Shown here: positions 38,651 to 52,351 of the stretch, piece after piece
Layout: each line of letters opens with the position of its first letter
Position numbering within the stretch: the first letter of the stretch is position 1
Assembly: GCF_001194135.2 (NCBI RefSeq)
Contig: NC_068988.1
Span: forward strand, 91,899,713-91,963,712
Direction: 5' to 3'
DNA: 64,000 bases
DNA from: Octopus bimaculoides
Taxonomy: Eukaryota
Position numbers and translations under genes: made by a program
The notes under the pieces: generated by a model
Told to the model about the DNA's origin: nothing
The model's input: the letters and a program-made list of their open reading frames with translations, nothing else
Database searches by the model: none

Positions 38651-40277
38651 CATATATATANNNNNNNNNNNNNNNNNNNNNNNNNNNNNNNNNNNNNNNN
38701 NNNNNNNNNNNNNNNNNNNNNNNNNNNNNNNNNNNNNNNNNNNNNNNNNNNNNNNNNNNNNNNNNNNNNNNNNNNNNNNNNNNNNNNNNNNNNNNNNNNN
38801 NNNNNNNNNNNNNNNNNNNNNNNNNNNNNNNNNNNNNNNNNNNNNNNNNNNNNNNNNNNNNNNNNNNNNNNNNNNNNNNNNNNNNNNNNNNNNNNNNNNN
38901 NNNNNNNNNNNNNNNNNNNNNNNNNNNNNNNNNNNNNNNNNNNNNNNNNNNNNNNNNNNNNNNNNNNNNNNNNNNNNNNNNNNNNNNNNNNNNNNNNNNN
39001 NNNNNNNNNNNNNNNNNNNNNNNNNNNNNNNNNNNNNNNNNNNNNNNNNNNNNNTATATATATATATATATATTTCAGAAACACTTAAACTGTCTAAATG
39101 TAAGGGTTAATAACTATTTTAACTGACTTAATGATAAAATAAGTTAACAGGAAGACTGTGATGATGATCATAATAATAATAATAATAAAAAAAGAGGAGA
39201 GACATAATTTACACAAAGTTTTAAATACTGTGATATAGATGATCTAACTGGTTCACTGAGCTTTCATTGACAATACCTTAAGTTAGGTTTCCAATTTTTT
39301 TTTTTTTAAGGGAATGTTTTCCTAAGAAATGTAAAAAACATTATAAAAGCAAAGAATACAAAATAAAGTTTAAGAATTTTGGCAAAAGTAAAATATTTGG
39401 GATGCTTTGTCTGTGAAAATGTGTTAGCTGCTTTTGCAAAAATTGAATTTTTATGAGTTAATATGTACATATGTTACCTAAACTGTTTTCTGGAAAATAG
39501 ATTTTTAGAAATATAAATAATAACACAGGAAGAAATAGTTTCTAATTCATAGGCATGACACTTTATTTGCTTTAAATTAATAATTTTTAATTAAACTTTG
39601 AAGCCTTAAGTGCCTTTCATTTGTAAAGCAAAAGTATCCGCTAATAATGTGTTTGATCAACAGCATTGGCTTGGATGAATTCATAAACTTTTTTCATCAG
39701 TTTCATTAATGAGTCACTAGTGTAACATTCAAGACAGATTATTTATCATTACTGTAATTATTGTTGATATCAAAAATTATTAAATAGATTAGGTTATAAG
39801 TTATAAGAGACATAAAAATATTCTATTTCCTAAGAGCTGCAATCAAAAGCTAGCAATCGGACTTGTTTCTCTTGTTCATAAAGCCATGCCTGACATCTAA
39901 TGCCATTGTTCTATTGAGTGGACATCAGTATACTGTAGGAACTAACAAATTTACTAACCATAACAACCAACTTGATTTATTCCCCTTTGTTTTAAAATTA
40001 CAATTCAATCACATGGATGATAGGTGTATGTGTGTGGACGAGAAACTGGAGGCAAATACGAAATCCGGAATAGAAACGGGAGTGTTTTGCTGCTGTTCAA
40101 ATTTTAGAAAGAAATGACTAATTTTAATAATCTTTTTTTTATTTCAATTTTTGTCTAAATTAAGAAAATATTTTTTTTTTTGTTTTTAAATTTTTTTAAA
40201 TTGGTAGAAATTTGTACAGTGTAAATTCATAAGATATTACTGTACCTATCCCATTGTAGAAAACTTAGCATACTCAC

Positions 40278-40333
40278 CTGGTTGGCTCTTTTAAATAGTG
40301 AAAGGTTTAAAGTCTACATTAACTAATATACTC
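40278..40333 (-). other. Candidate 56-nt non-coding exon
   Basis: gcaatttttcag|...CCAACCAG|gtgagta, consensus sites on both ends; stop codons in all three frames. Confidence 0.3.
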
Positions 40334-41153
40334 CTGAAAAATTGCACCCTGCCAACAATGGGGCACTTCAATATTATATACTGCTAATGGAAATGAATCT
40401 ACAAAATCTAGTCCTTTCAATATGCACGGAACAACCTTGATGTCAATTTCCTTTAGAGAACACATGTTTTATGATCAAAATTCAATCATTTAATCTACAT
40501 ACAAATGATGCAAAATTCTATACTACTGCTGTTACTATTATTATGTAATTAAAAATCATTATTATTATTATCATTATTAATATAATTAACTCATATAGGA
40601 AATGAACTATCTTCCATATGCAATGCAACATGGCATCATGTGCACCAACTGTGAAAGTGTTTAATCTGATGAAGATAGATGGCCAAATAAAAGCAAAATA
40701 GTGGTGTAGTAGTGTACAGCATATCAAGTTATTGTTATGTTCAGGTTTGAAGTTTACCAAAATGTCCTACTAACCTAAGTAATAGGAAGATGGTTGTAGT
40801 GATTAAGTAGCTTGTAGCAAAAGTTATGTGCTATACACTCACATTGAGACATTTACCAGGAGTAGAAGTCCAGTTGCTGTCCAGACATGCTACCTGTTTG
40901 AAAAGTGTCACCTTTGAAGAATTCATGAAAACGGAAGTAAAATATATTAAATTTTTTCACTTACAATGTATGTGGAATAACGCAGCCTTAAACAGCAAAT
41001 TTCAGCTTTTAATATATAATATATATCTATATATGCATATGTATACACACACACATATATACATACATATGTACACATGTATATGTATATATACATACAT
41101 ATACATATATATTCTTAGTATATACATATATGTTGTGTGGATGTATGTGTATA

Positions 41154-41194
<41 letters not shown>

Positions 41195-44100
41195 TACACA
41201 CACTGCCAATGAAATGCATTATCTCACCATAGCCCAACAGAAATCAATGGTATTCACAAAAGGTGGGGATTATCACCACAATGGCTCAGTTTTGTTATAT
41301 TTACTACCAAAAACTGGGACAGATTATTTCTATGAAACAACAAGCAGATTATTTAAGAATCAATAATTAAATGATAAAAATATTAATATCTTAATGAGGA
41401 AAATTATTAACCATAGAGTATAATATATAATTTAATGGAGTTCTAAAGTGGACATATCAACAGAGATTGTACATATGTGTGTATATACATACACAAATGC
41501 ACAGTGTTGCTGATGAAATATTACCAATTTGTTAGTGGTAAAAATGATTAAGTTTAGTTGTTTACACTAGGAAACTATCCAAAACTGATCCAATGTAGTG
41601 TACCCCAATGAAAGGGTGATCTAATTTTAAAAATCTATCTCAGTTTCAAAAGACCATATACTGATGGTAAGAAATTTTGGTAAGAAAACGGCACTAATTA
41701 ATTACAATTTAATCATTTGATGCTGTTAAAAACTGTTAACAATGAACATCTAAATAAGATTTCAAATAGGTATAATGAATGCAGAGTACGTCATCAGCAC
41801 AGCATTGACTAGAAATCGAGATAGATTTCAAATGATCCCCCTTAAAATAAAAACAGAATGCATGAACAATTTTGAATTCCAAAGGTCTCACTGCCGCTTT
41901 ATTACCCTTCATATGTCTACATGAGTCTTATACAATATAGAACATACATTTCAAATTGGAAACTAAAAACTGACGGCATCATCTCTACACAATGTGGACA
42001 ATAAGTTATTTGATGAGACCGCTCCAACATGTGAAGATGGATACAAAATGACTACAGATCATATGATACAATATTGCCTTGAATGTTTCGATTGTTCTCA
42101 GGATTCAGGGACCCACACATTCAAGGGACCCACACAAAAGATGCATTCTCTCTCACTTTCATTATTAATAAGTTTCTTTTTCTCTGAAAACACTGTTGAG
42201 ACCCTCAATATATAGTTTGTCATTGAAGTTAGAGAAATAGGAGATTTGCGATGTACAAAGCTTGTTTTAGCAACAGGTCATTTTAAGGGTGAGGGCAGGG
42301 AGTGAAGGGCACAAAAATACAAAGTGGAGTCGGTCTGACAGATCAGTTGGCTTCCAATTAAATGAGTGATGCTGTCTAACGACATGCTGAAACAGTGCTA
42401 CCTATTGGGAGACATCCATGGAAATGAGCAGTGGTGGGGCGAATTAGTGCTATAACAAAGTATGGTGCTTGAAAGTTAAATATACAGTGTTCCAGCCAGG
42501 TAACGATTTAAATAAACTTCCATTTAGCTTTCTGTAAAAGACAAGAGTCAGAACTAAAGTGTTCTACTCTCAACAATTCTTAGAATATTAGTATTTATAG
42601 AGAAAGTAAAGAGAAGTAGGGAGATATGATGAATTTACAATTTTGCAAAATCTGAACTTAAGACAAAAATTAACTTTTATTTTTTTTAACTGCTGGGTAT
42701 GAAAAAAAAATATTGATTACCAGGGAGAGGATCAGGGGACGCTAATTCAAGAAAATCAATAAGCCATACTATAACGGAAAGCAATCAGCAAGCAAGTAGT
42801 GAAACATCTCTACAGAGGTAGACAGTGTATGTGAATCGATCCACAACCTTCCTAACAAAACTTCATACAATTTACACTTTGACATTAAAATAAAACTAAA
42901 TATAACCTACTTGCTACAACAAACAAAATGTCCCAGTTATATTAAGAAAAAATAAACAAATAAATAAATAAAATAATAACAATGTAGACTGTCCACAACT
43001 GACAAATTAATCAACACATAACGACTGTCCAGATAAAAACATTCTCATTCCAGAAAGAAAAAGTAAAAAGAGCAACAAATGTCTCTTCAGAAGATGGTTT
43101 GTAGAGGAATGTTTCAGGTGATAACTATCCAATAGTTATGTAGTTCAAGATAAATTTCTCCTGTGAGAGAAAATGGTCAATGGTTCAATATGAATGGGAA
43201 TTAATCCATCAACTAAACCATTCTACCATTCATCTAAAGAGATCAAACACAACTATAACCAACAACTAGAATAATAATATGTATGTCACTAGAGATTTCA
43301 CAGAAACTTATACAAAAGTCAACCGTCTTTGCTACTTCATCATGCAATAGTAACAAGTTCTAAAGCAACTAAAATGATAACCGAGTCAAGCTGAAACATT
43401 AAGACAACAGCTGTTACAGTCAATGGAAAAGATAGCTAGAATAATATGTTCTTTGAATGGCTACTGAGAAAGGCCACTGTAGTTATGAAATGGCAAAAGA
43501 AAGTTTTGAGAAATATGGAAATATGTTATTAAAATGAGATGTTTGAGAGATTAATTTGAAGCAGATGAAAAGATGATAAAATTGCTGCAGCTTTCAGCGC
43601 TACAACAAAGCTGGACAGTGCTTACCAAACATGAGAATTACCAAACCAGTCATATGAAACTATTTCTTCAAAACTGATAATGAAATTTCAGTGAAAATCA
43701 TTTGCTTCATCAAAGACATGCTGTCAGTCACCCCTGCATTCAATTAGCTACATCCAACAGTTGTAAGACAATTGGAAAAAGTAGAAAAAATTTGCTGTTT
43801 TTTTTTTTTATTTTGTTATTTTTTAAAATTTTTTTTTAATATTTATATTTGTAAATCTAATGAAACTGAGATGTTTTGTGAATCCTTACTGATGAACCAT
43901 TTCAAGAAACACCTGTAATAGAGCAAATAGTAGCTGTTTAAGTAGTAGAATGGCAAGGAATTATCTAAAATAAATATTTTGGAATGTCACAACCCATATA
44001 GAGGTAAATAATAATAATAATTGTAATAATAATGATGATAATAATAATGGAAAAAAAAAAAGATAATGGTTTTGAGAAGCAAATCTAATTGAACAGCAAA

Positions 44101-44345
44101 GGTAAGTAATAGTTAAAGGGGTCTCCAGATTGTAACTTATATTTCAGTTTTGACCTGTAAATATATATACATATATATACACCACATATATATATATACA
44201 TATATATACATACAGTTAGTGAACCAGATCTATATCTACAATAACACAACTTCCGCAGTCTCTCACAACTATAAGGATAGCACTGAAGAATTAGTAACCC
44301 TGTTTTTATTACAATAATATTACATTTCCTATAACTATTACGTCT

Positions 44346-44485
44346 GTGTCTGTCCCTTTATATACTGGCCACCACAGTATTGTGTCTGTCCCTTTATATA
44401 CTGGCCACCACAGTATTGTGTCTGTCTTTTCATATACTGGCCACTACAGTATGATGTCCAACCTTTTATATAACCTGCCACTACA
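44346..44485. repeat. 36-bp minisatellite, ~4 units (first two identical)
   Basis: gtgtctgtccctttatatactggccaccacagtatt at 44346, 44382 and 44418, with a degenerate fourth unit. Confidence 0.9.
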
Positions 44486-45277
44486 ACAAGCTAGATTAGT
44501 TAAATCAAGCCAAATATTTACTGTTTAGAAGACAAAATGTTAGAGACTTAAAGCCAAACAAGTCCTTAGGAACTAAGATAATCAGTCTTCCGCTTATAGT
44601 CTAAGATATTATTGCATAAAAAGTTTAAACAACTACAATTGATTTTGCTATAAATTACCCAACAGAATTGGTAAAAAGAGAATTTTGACTTGGAAAAATA
44701 TCAAATTAAAATAAGTGGAATATTTTCCTAGAATTAATTTCTTTGGTTAAACATTTAAGAAAAAATAATTGAGAAAATCTACAAAGGGGGAGCAAAAAAA
44801 AATAAAATCTTAAATTTTAATCACAACTCACAATACATAGTTTTAAATTTTCCTTGGCTAATCTACGAATAAATAAGAAAAAAAAAAGTCAGAAATTTGA
44901 AAGAGGATAACACTGGCTGAAACACTGTAAAAGTAATTTCAAATTGAACAGACATTGATCAGTGCCAAGGAAATATTAACCTGATAACAGCATCGAATGC
45001 TCATTTTTGAGGGTTTATGTACATACAGCTTTTGATGGGAGCTGCCTGATGCCTAGACATGATCTCTGGGGGAAGCCAGCAAGAATAAATAGAAAAAGAA
45101 AAAAAAAAAAGAAATGAAAAATATAATTTTGAAATAATTTCTTTTTTTTTTTTTAATTGAAAAAATGACAATGCAAAAAATATGTCCACCACAGTTAGGG
45201 TGGGGAAAAAATGATATAACAACAGAAAAAAAATTCAATATAAGAGCTCTTAGCTTGAGAAAATCTCCTTGTTAACA

Positions 45278-45397
45278 TAATGGGCACATAGGACTGGAAC
45301 CAGAAATTATTGGACATGTAGGGCTGGGTCCAGATGTTATTGGGCACACACAGCTGGAACCAGAAGTTAATGGGCACATACAATTGGAACCAGAAGC
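45278..45397. repeat. 30-bp minisatellite, 4 units
   Basis: taatgggcacataggactggaaccagaaat / tattggacatgtagggctgggtccagatgt / tattgggcacacacagctggaaccagaagt / taatgggcacatacaattggaaccagaagc. Confidence 0.9.
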
Positions 45398-47140
45398 TGC
45401 TAAAATGATCAATAGACAAACTTGAAATGAGGAGTCTGTATTGAAAATGTTTTTAATTTATATCTAGCATGTCAGATACAAGACTGCTATGTGTAGGCAA
45501 GAATATAGATATATGTTAGGAGGGGGTCTAATTCTACTAATGTTGGCACAATTACTGTAAATATTTACAAGGATTAAGAAAAATGTAATGGATTAGATTT
45601 CAGAGAATTTGGATTAACAAAGTAGTATAGTAACAGTAATAGTTTTGTAGTAGTAATAGTAGCAAGTAAATTAAAGTTCCATAAAACATTATTCCACCCA
45701 CCACCCCACCACACACATCAAGTTTACCTACTACTCCCATGTTCTAAAAATCACACACACACACACTGGACAAAATAATCTGGAACTAGCCAAGAGTGTT
45801 CAGTTCAGACATGCAGGAGAAGATCAATCTTTAGCTTCACCAAAGTCTCTCTTGGCAGTCATAAATAGATGTGGAGAATTGCTTCCATAATGCAAAGATG
45901 GATGAGTTCTAAACACTGAAACCATTCATCATTCAAACATCACTATTGATGCTGATGGGAGACATAGTTTACACTGAGACACTGGGGTAGGCTACTGGCA
46001 GGTGGTACACGTGCACACACACATACACACAGCGATTCAACTGTTTAAAGCTGAATATAGAAAGATGAATAAATATTGTGTTAGAACACTCACACAGTTA
46101 ATATGGAAGAAAGAGTGTGCTACTTCAGACAGAATTCCCTGCACAACTACTATCTCAATGTTGGATATATGGCTGTTAATATTGTTCGCCTCAGATTTGA
46201 CCCCTTCTATCTCAACAGATCAGTAATGTAAGAATTAGCAGAAACCAAAGTTGTAATAACCATATGAGGTGATATGAGCAGCATTATATAGCATTTGGCA
46301 CTGGAACTGTTTCATTTGGTTTCTGGCAAAGAGAGGAAATCTGAGATTTTAAAGGAAAGCCATAGGAGCTTTATGTGATATTAATGATATTTCCACATGT
46401 ATTAAGGATGGAAGGTAAGGGAAAAGGAATCCAACTCACAATCAAACCTAGATCTTCCCGTAGATCTTTACTCATAATTTTAGAGGAAATGAGAGCAGTT
46501 AACTTCAAATGCCAACCATTATTTTTACATCAAATATCTATTGCTATTATAGTATGTTATACACCACAATTTCAAGACACTGAAGACTTGACTATGCAGA
46601 ATTTTAAATAACAGAAATTAAAATATTCATGTTTTACTGCTTAAAACTTATATGAAACAGTCTATGCCCCCAAAAAATTTGAAATGTAATAAAACATTAG
46701 ATTTATTTTAAGCTTAATGATATTTTTCTATTAAATAATTTAACATTTCCATTGAGAAATTAGAGAATTACATACTTTTTGGTCCAGTCTAATGTGCCAA
46801 TTACTTTCAACAAATGAGAAAATGGTGAAAAGAGCTGTAACTAGAACCAACACTTCCCACACAGAACAGAAGCCACTGAATTGTATCATTTTGATTTGGA
46901 AAAACTGTTCCCCAGATGTTTAAGGAAACTGAAGGAGGAAGAAGAGACCCAATTTTAGGGAGGAAAAAAAATTAAATAACAAAATTTACTAAGACGACAT
47001 AGATTCAAACAGGGGGGATGTGGGGTTTGAAAGAGTTGGTCTTTTAGTAAGTAGATCTAAAGGATTAAAATTTAAAGTTTATGAACAAGTTTTCATGGCT
47101 TTAACAGAGCCAGAGGATGTTGATACATTTTCAAAGTATG

Positions 47141-47183
<43 letters not shown>

Positions 47184-48741
47184 CACACACACACACACAC
47201 AGGAAATTTTTTTTTTTTAAACTTTGAATATGTATCCAACACATATTGTAAGAAATATTTCAAGTGAAAGAAATGAAAGTACAGTTTAAAAAATTAGTGG
47301 TAATCATGAGAACATTTAGGGTCCAGAAAGAACGGGAAGATGGTGAAGTTCAAAGCAGTGGCTTCTTATGCTAGGCCTCGTAGCAGACATTACATATAGC
47401 GGAGAGGGGAAGGGAGTTAGAATTTAAAAAAAAAATTGTAATGACATTAAATTGATAATATGAAAATATATATATATATATATATAGCCCTCTGTCACAA
47501 TAAAAGGTGGACCCTGTACAATTTAGGGTCAGGCTGTCAGGCTATGTACAATTAGAGAGGACAGCATGGGGCAATACACAGTTTTGGTTGTTATTGTTAG
47601 TGTTCTGTCTTCTTGGTTTCCTTTGTAGTTTATATATATAAAAAAAAAATCATTGAATATGATTTTTAAAGAAAACGGAAAAAAAAAAGAGAAAAACCCA
47701 AACACCTAAAAAAAATGGTGCTACAATCATTACATTGGATTGAGGGGTGGGGTAGAGTGGAGAAGAGAGAGACAAGGGGGATTAAAAAGAATAAATTGAT
47801 GTATGAGAAAGAAGAAATGTGCCTAGTAAGATTAGTTTATAATTAAGTTTGTACATTAGTTTATATATCTCATTGGGGTTCTTAGCTACAGTAGGTGTTG
47901 AAGGTTTGACTTTTCCCTGTTAGCTACATTAGGGCTTCAAGATTCAACTTTCTTTCCCTCTAAGAAAGAGTAGCAGTTTCAAGGTTCAATGTTCTCCCCT
48001 CTTATCTACAATAAGATCTTCAAAGTGCCACTGTTTCCCCTCTTAACTACGATAGAGAGTTCAAGGTGTTTTTTTTTTGTTTTTTGTTTTTTTTTCATGT
48101 AGTAGGAAATAGATTGGTTATAATTTTATCTTTACTCAAGTTTAAGCATTTTATTTTACCTTTACCCTTTATCTAAACTTGGCTGGCTGCAAGATGGTGA
48201 GGATCAGTGATGATGCAGCCAATAAGAGGTGGGAAGGGTGGAGACATATATTATAACAAGCTTAATAAATAAATAATAAATAAGTCTTTTAAAAGTTGCT
48301 GTCTGTGAGTGAATGAATGATGAAGTGATCAAGCTGAAAACATCAAGCTCCTATTGGAGGATCTGACAGTGGAAGATTCACACTTGATAACAGCAGCGGA
48401 TTTTAACAGGTTAGGCAAAGTGTGAAGGAAAACAGCATAGTTATGATTAGATGGAGAGTTTTGACCTGCCACAGCAAGAGAGGCAGACAGATGGGATGGG
48501 GTAAAGGAAAAGAAATTAATGTTGTTTAATAAGCAACAGGATTTGACTAGTTCCCACTAAGCTAAGAAAACCCTTAGGTGTCAAGGTCATTATGATAGTG
48601 ACATGTTGACCTATTGCCCATTCTGAAATGTATTTATAGAGTATGAACACACACACACACACACATATGTGCATACATACACACATACACATAGATGTTA
48701 CACATGCATGAAAATATATTTCATTTGATGCATGAGTGCAA

Positions 48742-48773
<32 letters not shown>

Positions 48774-49764
48774 GCACGCACGCACGCACACACACACATA
48801 TTTTATATCATATAGTCAAGAATGTTTTTGTTTGGTTTTTTCCTTCTAATTTTAAAAATACAAAAGCTGAAATAAGTAGCTTAAAATGATCAGCCATAGA
48901 CAAGTTAACAAATATACAGAACAACAACCTCCAACATGGCTGCTTACTTAGCAATAGTTATTAATCTATTATCAATATTAATTATTATTATAAATCTTTA
49001 GTGGTTGGAGAAGAACATTTTAGAGGAAGATCATCTTCCAACACAGACATTATCAACAGTTTGTGAGTTCAGTTTGTAGTTTAGGGGATGTTTTTCTTTT
49101 TTATACTTGAGGGGCTGGCTTAATCTAATAGTTCAGAGCTGGTTTAATTATATAGATTTTTTTTCTTTATTGTATTTTTTGTTTGTTTATATAATAATTA
49201 AATCAGTAATTGTGATGATTTAGTATCTAATTACATTTTCTTGATGCCCAACCCACATAATCAAACAAATGCAAAATATATAGAATTAAAATCTCAATTT
49301 CTTTTGTATATATGTTTTACATGTGTACTTTAGAGTACCATTAGAATGACAATGATGAAGAGAAGGTGGAGGAAGAAGGGTGAAAAAGAAGAGAGGGGGG
49401 TGTATGGTCGTGTTGCACACCCTAAAAAAATTTTTATGGACCCCCACCCCCCAAGTAAACTCATTGTTTACCACCATCATCTTAAATTGGTGAAGAGAAG
49501 AATTGTGTGACATTGGAGCAGAAGGGGCTGACAAGGGACACAAACATTGTTGTCACACACACACACACATTTTAAGGGGGGAAAGGAGCGAATGAAAATA
49601 TTGAAACAATAAAAACAAATAAAATTTTAANNNNNNNNNNGGGGGGGGGGTCAAACACCTGTCCTGCCACAGAAAAGAAATTAATTTTTTTTAATGGGGT
49701 AGGGGTATGTTACTTGAAGTTTTTTTTCATTTTGTATGTGTGTAATTAATGATTTGTTAATTTG

Positions 49765-50245
49765 GCCCAAAGCCATCTGCTGAAGGAGAGTGGGGGAGGG
49801 GGAGTATGGTGCCTCAACCCTTTAGTACACAACTGGTACTGAATTTATCAACCCTGGAGGGAAGAAAGGCAAAGTTGACCCTGGCGAGATTTTTTACTTA
49901 CAAGAGAAGGGACAGGAAAGAGGATAACTAAATATTGTAAAGCATTTAGCCTGGGGCTCTTTCATTTCACTTAACATATCACTTGTTATAATGCTTCAGA
50001 TAATAAATAATAATAATGATAAAAATAATAATAATTTCTTATATTGGCATGAGGTCACAAAAATGTTGGGAGAGGGTCATAACTAATTGAATCAAAATCA
50101 GTGTACGAGTGGTACTTGTTTTATCAAGTTTTATCTGAGGAGGTAATGACAAAAGACCTCATCAGGGCTTGAACCTAAAACAAAAGGATTAGACTAAATA
50201 CTACAAAGCATTTAGTCCAGCACTCTATTGTTTCTACCACTTCAC
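49765..50245 (-). mobile_element. Two degenerate SINE family A copies (~49765-49960 and ~50040-50245)
   Basis: ggaagaaaggcaaagttgaccctggc and gtggtacttgttttatcaag...gcatttagtccag motifs. Confidence 0.55.
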
Positions 50246-50737
50246 TGCCAATAATGATGATGATGATAATAATAATAATAATGTGTAGCTTAATACAAAA
50301 CCCTTTCAAGTGGTTTACATTGGTATGCATCAGCCAGAAGAAAATAATCTCAAACCAAGTGGCTAGGGTTAGGGGTGGAGGAGTCTGTTTCACTTTTTTT
50401 TTTTCTTGAACCTATTAACCATGAGATCAGAACTGATCCGTAGTTGTTGCTTTGTTTTAAACAACAATAAAGTTGGTTGTTTGATGTGAAAAATAAACAG
50501 ACATGCAAGGTTTTAAAGCAAGAAAATAAAAAAAGGAGGCGGGGAATAAGTATTTTTGTTAAACATTATTAACCAGGCAACAATTTTAGAGTCTAACAGC
50601 AAGAATACAGGAAGTGGTGGTGGAAGGGGGTCTGCGAGAAGAGAAAGAAAAATCTTACAACCAACCACTACCAACACTATACAGACGGGTGGGGTAGGGG
50701 AAGAAAAATAAAAGTCATATACATATATATATATTTA

Positions 50738-50818
<81 letters not shown>

Positions 50819-50974
50819 GTAGGGGTAGAAACAAATAATGCAAAAATGGAATGAAAAAGTTCTTAAAATGTTTGCCTTGAAGACTTACTCCTTGTCTCCA
50901 AACAATCCTCATATTTGTCCACAACACAGGGGTGTTATGTGAGACTAAAGGATTAGGACTAAAGGAATTGGGTG

Positions 50975-51009
<35 letters not shown>

Positions 51010-51470
51010 AGAACAATATGATCATAAACGGGGTGGGGTGGAGATTTGGTCTGTCTAAATAGTAGTACAGTTTATCACAATAGAGCTGGGACAGTAGCTC
51101 TCTCTCATGGAGTACACAATATTCTGGAGCTTAATATAATAGTTGTTACAATTGTAATTGTAGGAGTAGTAAGTCGTAATAATAGAAATAACTTGTTGTA
51201 GAACAGAAGTTTTGTTACATATTTTTTTTTTTATAGCAGGGTCTTTTCTTAAATTCCATTATAGTTGTTTTTATAGTCTGTATCAGACCGACTCCTTAGA
51301 TAGGGAACATGGGAGACAGGGTACAAGAAAATATCAGTAACAGGTGGGTAGGTGACTGCTTCAAAAAATGTCACAGCAAGCAAAATAAAATTGAAGAAAT
51401 ATGTAGTAGCAAAATGGAGGCAAGAATTTTTTTGTGATTTGTTTCAGAACAATGGAATGGGGCAGGGATA

Positions 51471-51535
<65 letters not shown>

Positions 51536-51886
51536 CATACATATACATACATACATATATATATAATGTATGTGTGTATTTGTGTGTGTGTGTGCATGTG
51601 TAAATATATTTATTATACACACACACACACACACACACAAATGCAAACATATATACACATGCATACACACATATACCAACACACATACACCACAAACACA
51701 TGTGCATATACATATATATGTATATATGTGTGTGTGCCTGTATCTCCATTAGTATGTGCTGTGTGTATATATTACATATATACATATATGTATATATACC
51801 CACACATGCATAGAATTTTATACATATATATGTATATATATATTATTTATTTATATATAAATATATATACACACATACAATTATAC

Positions 51887-51921
<35 letters not shown>

Positions 51922-51949
51922 TACACACAGTTATATAAATATATTCTTT

Positions 51950-52246
51950 TTATTTTGGAAATAAAAGTAAAAACAAAAAAATATAATAATTGTGATGATA
52001 ATAATAATAATAATTAGTTTATAATAATTAAATAAAGACATGGAACACAATGAGTAAACAAACAGTGCTAAGGTAGGCCCTAATCCCTCAGTACACTCGC
52101 CAACACCTGGGTCTCAGCTCAGCGCTATGGTCGGGTGGCAGTGCCCTTACTTCCTTCCTTCTTTCCTTCCTTCGCGCTCACTTCCCATAAATACAAACCA
52201 TAAATAGCAGAATAATTTACACGCTACTTGCTCTTTCCGTTAACAG
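51950..52246 (-). other. Proximal 3' UTR of the Ssdp ortholog; distal end undetermined
   Basis: Unique sequence immediately downstream of the TAA at 52247-52249. Confidence 0.6.
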
Positions 52247-52351
52247 TTATGGCATGAAATATTCTGGGTGGTCGGCCTCTTTTTCAAATCGTTTTGCCTC
52301 CTCCTGCATAGACTCCTTTATCTTAAGGATAGCTGCCGATTCATTTTGATC
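52247..52351 (-). CDS. Ssdp: Ssdp/SSBP2-4 ortholog, terminal coding exon DQNESAAILKIKESMQEEAKRFEKEADHPEYFMP*
   Basis: Acceptor atgatttttcag, phase 0. Matches the invertebrate Ssdp C-terminus as recalled (ESAAILKIKESMQEEAKRFEK...HPxYFMP). Confidence 0.96.
   Translation of the reverse strand, partial: DQNESAAILKIKESMQEEAKRFEKEADHPEYFMP

Noticed and set aside
51361-51964. 176-aa and other YI/HT/CV-rich ORFs, also at 6179-6787, 24884-25202 and 29068-29865
   Set aside because: Translations of dinucleotide or trinucleotide microsatellites with no protein-like composition.
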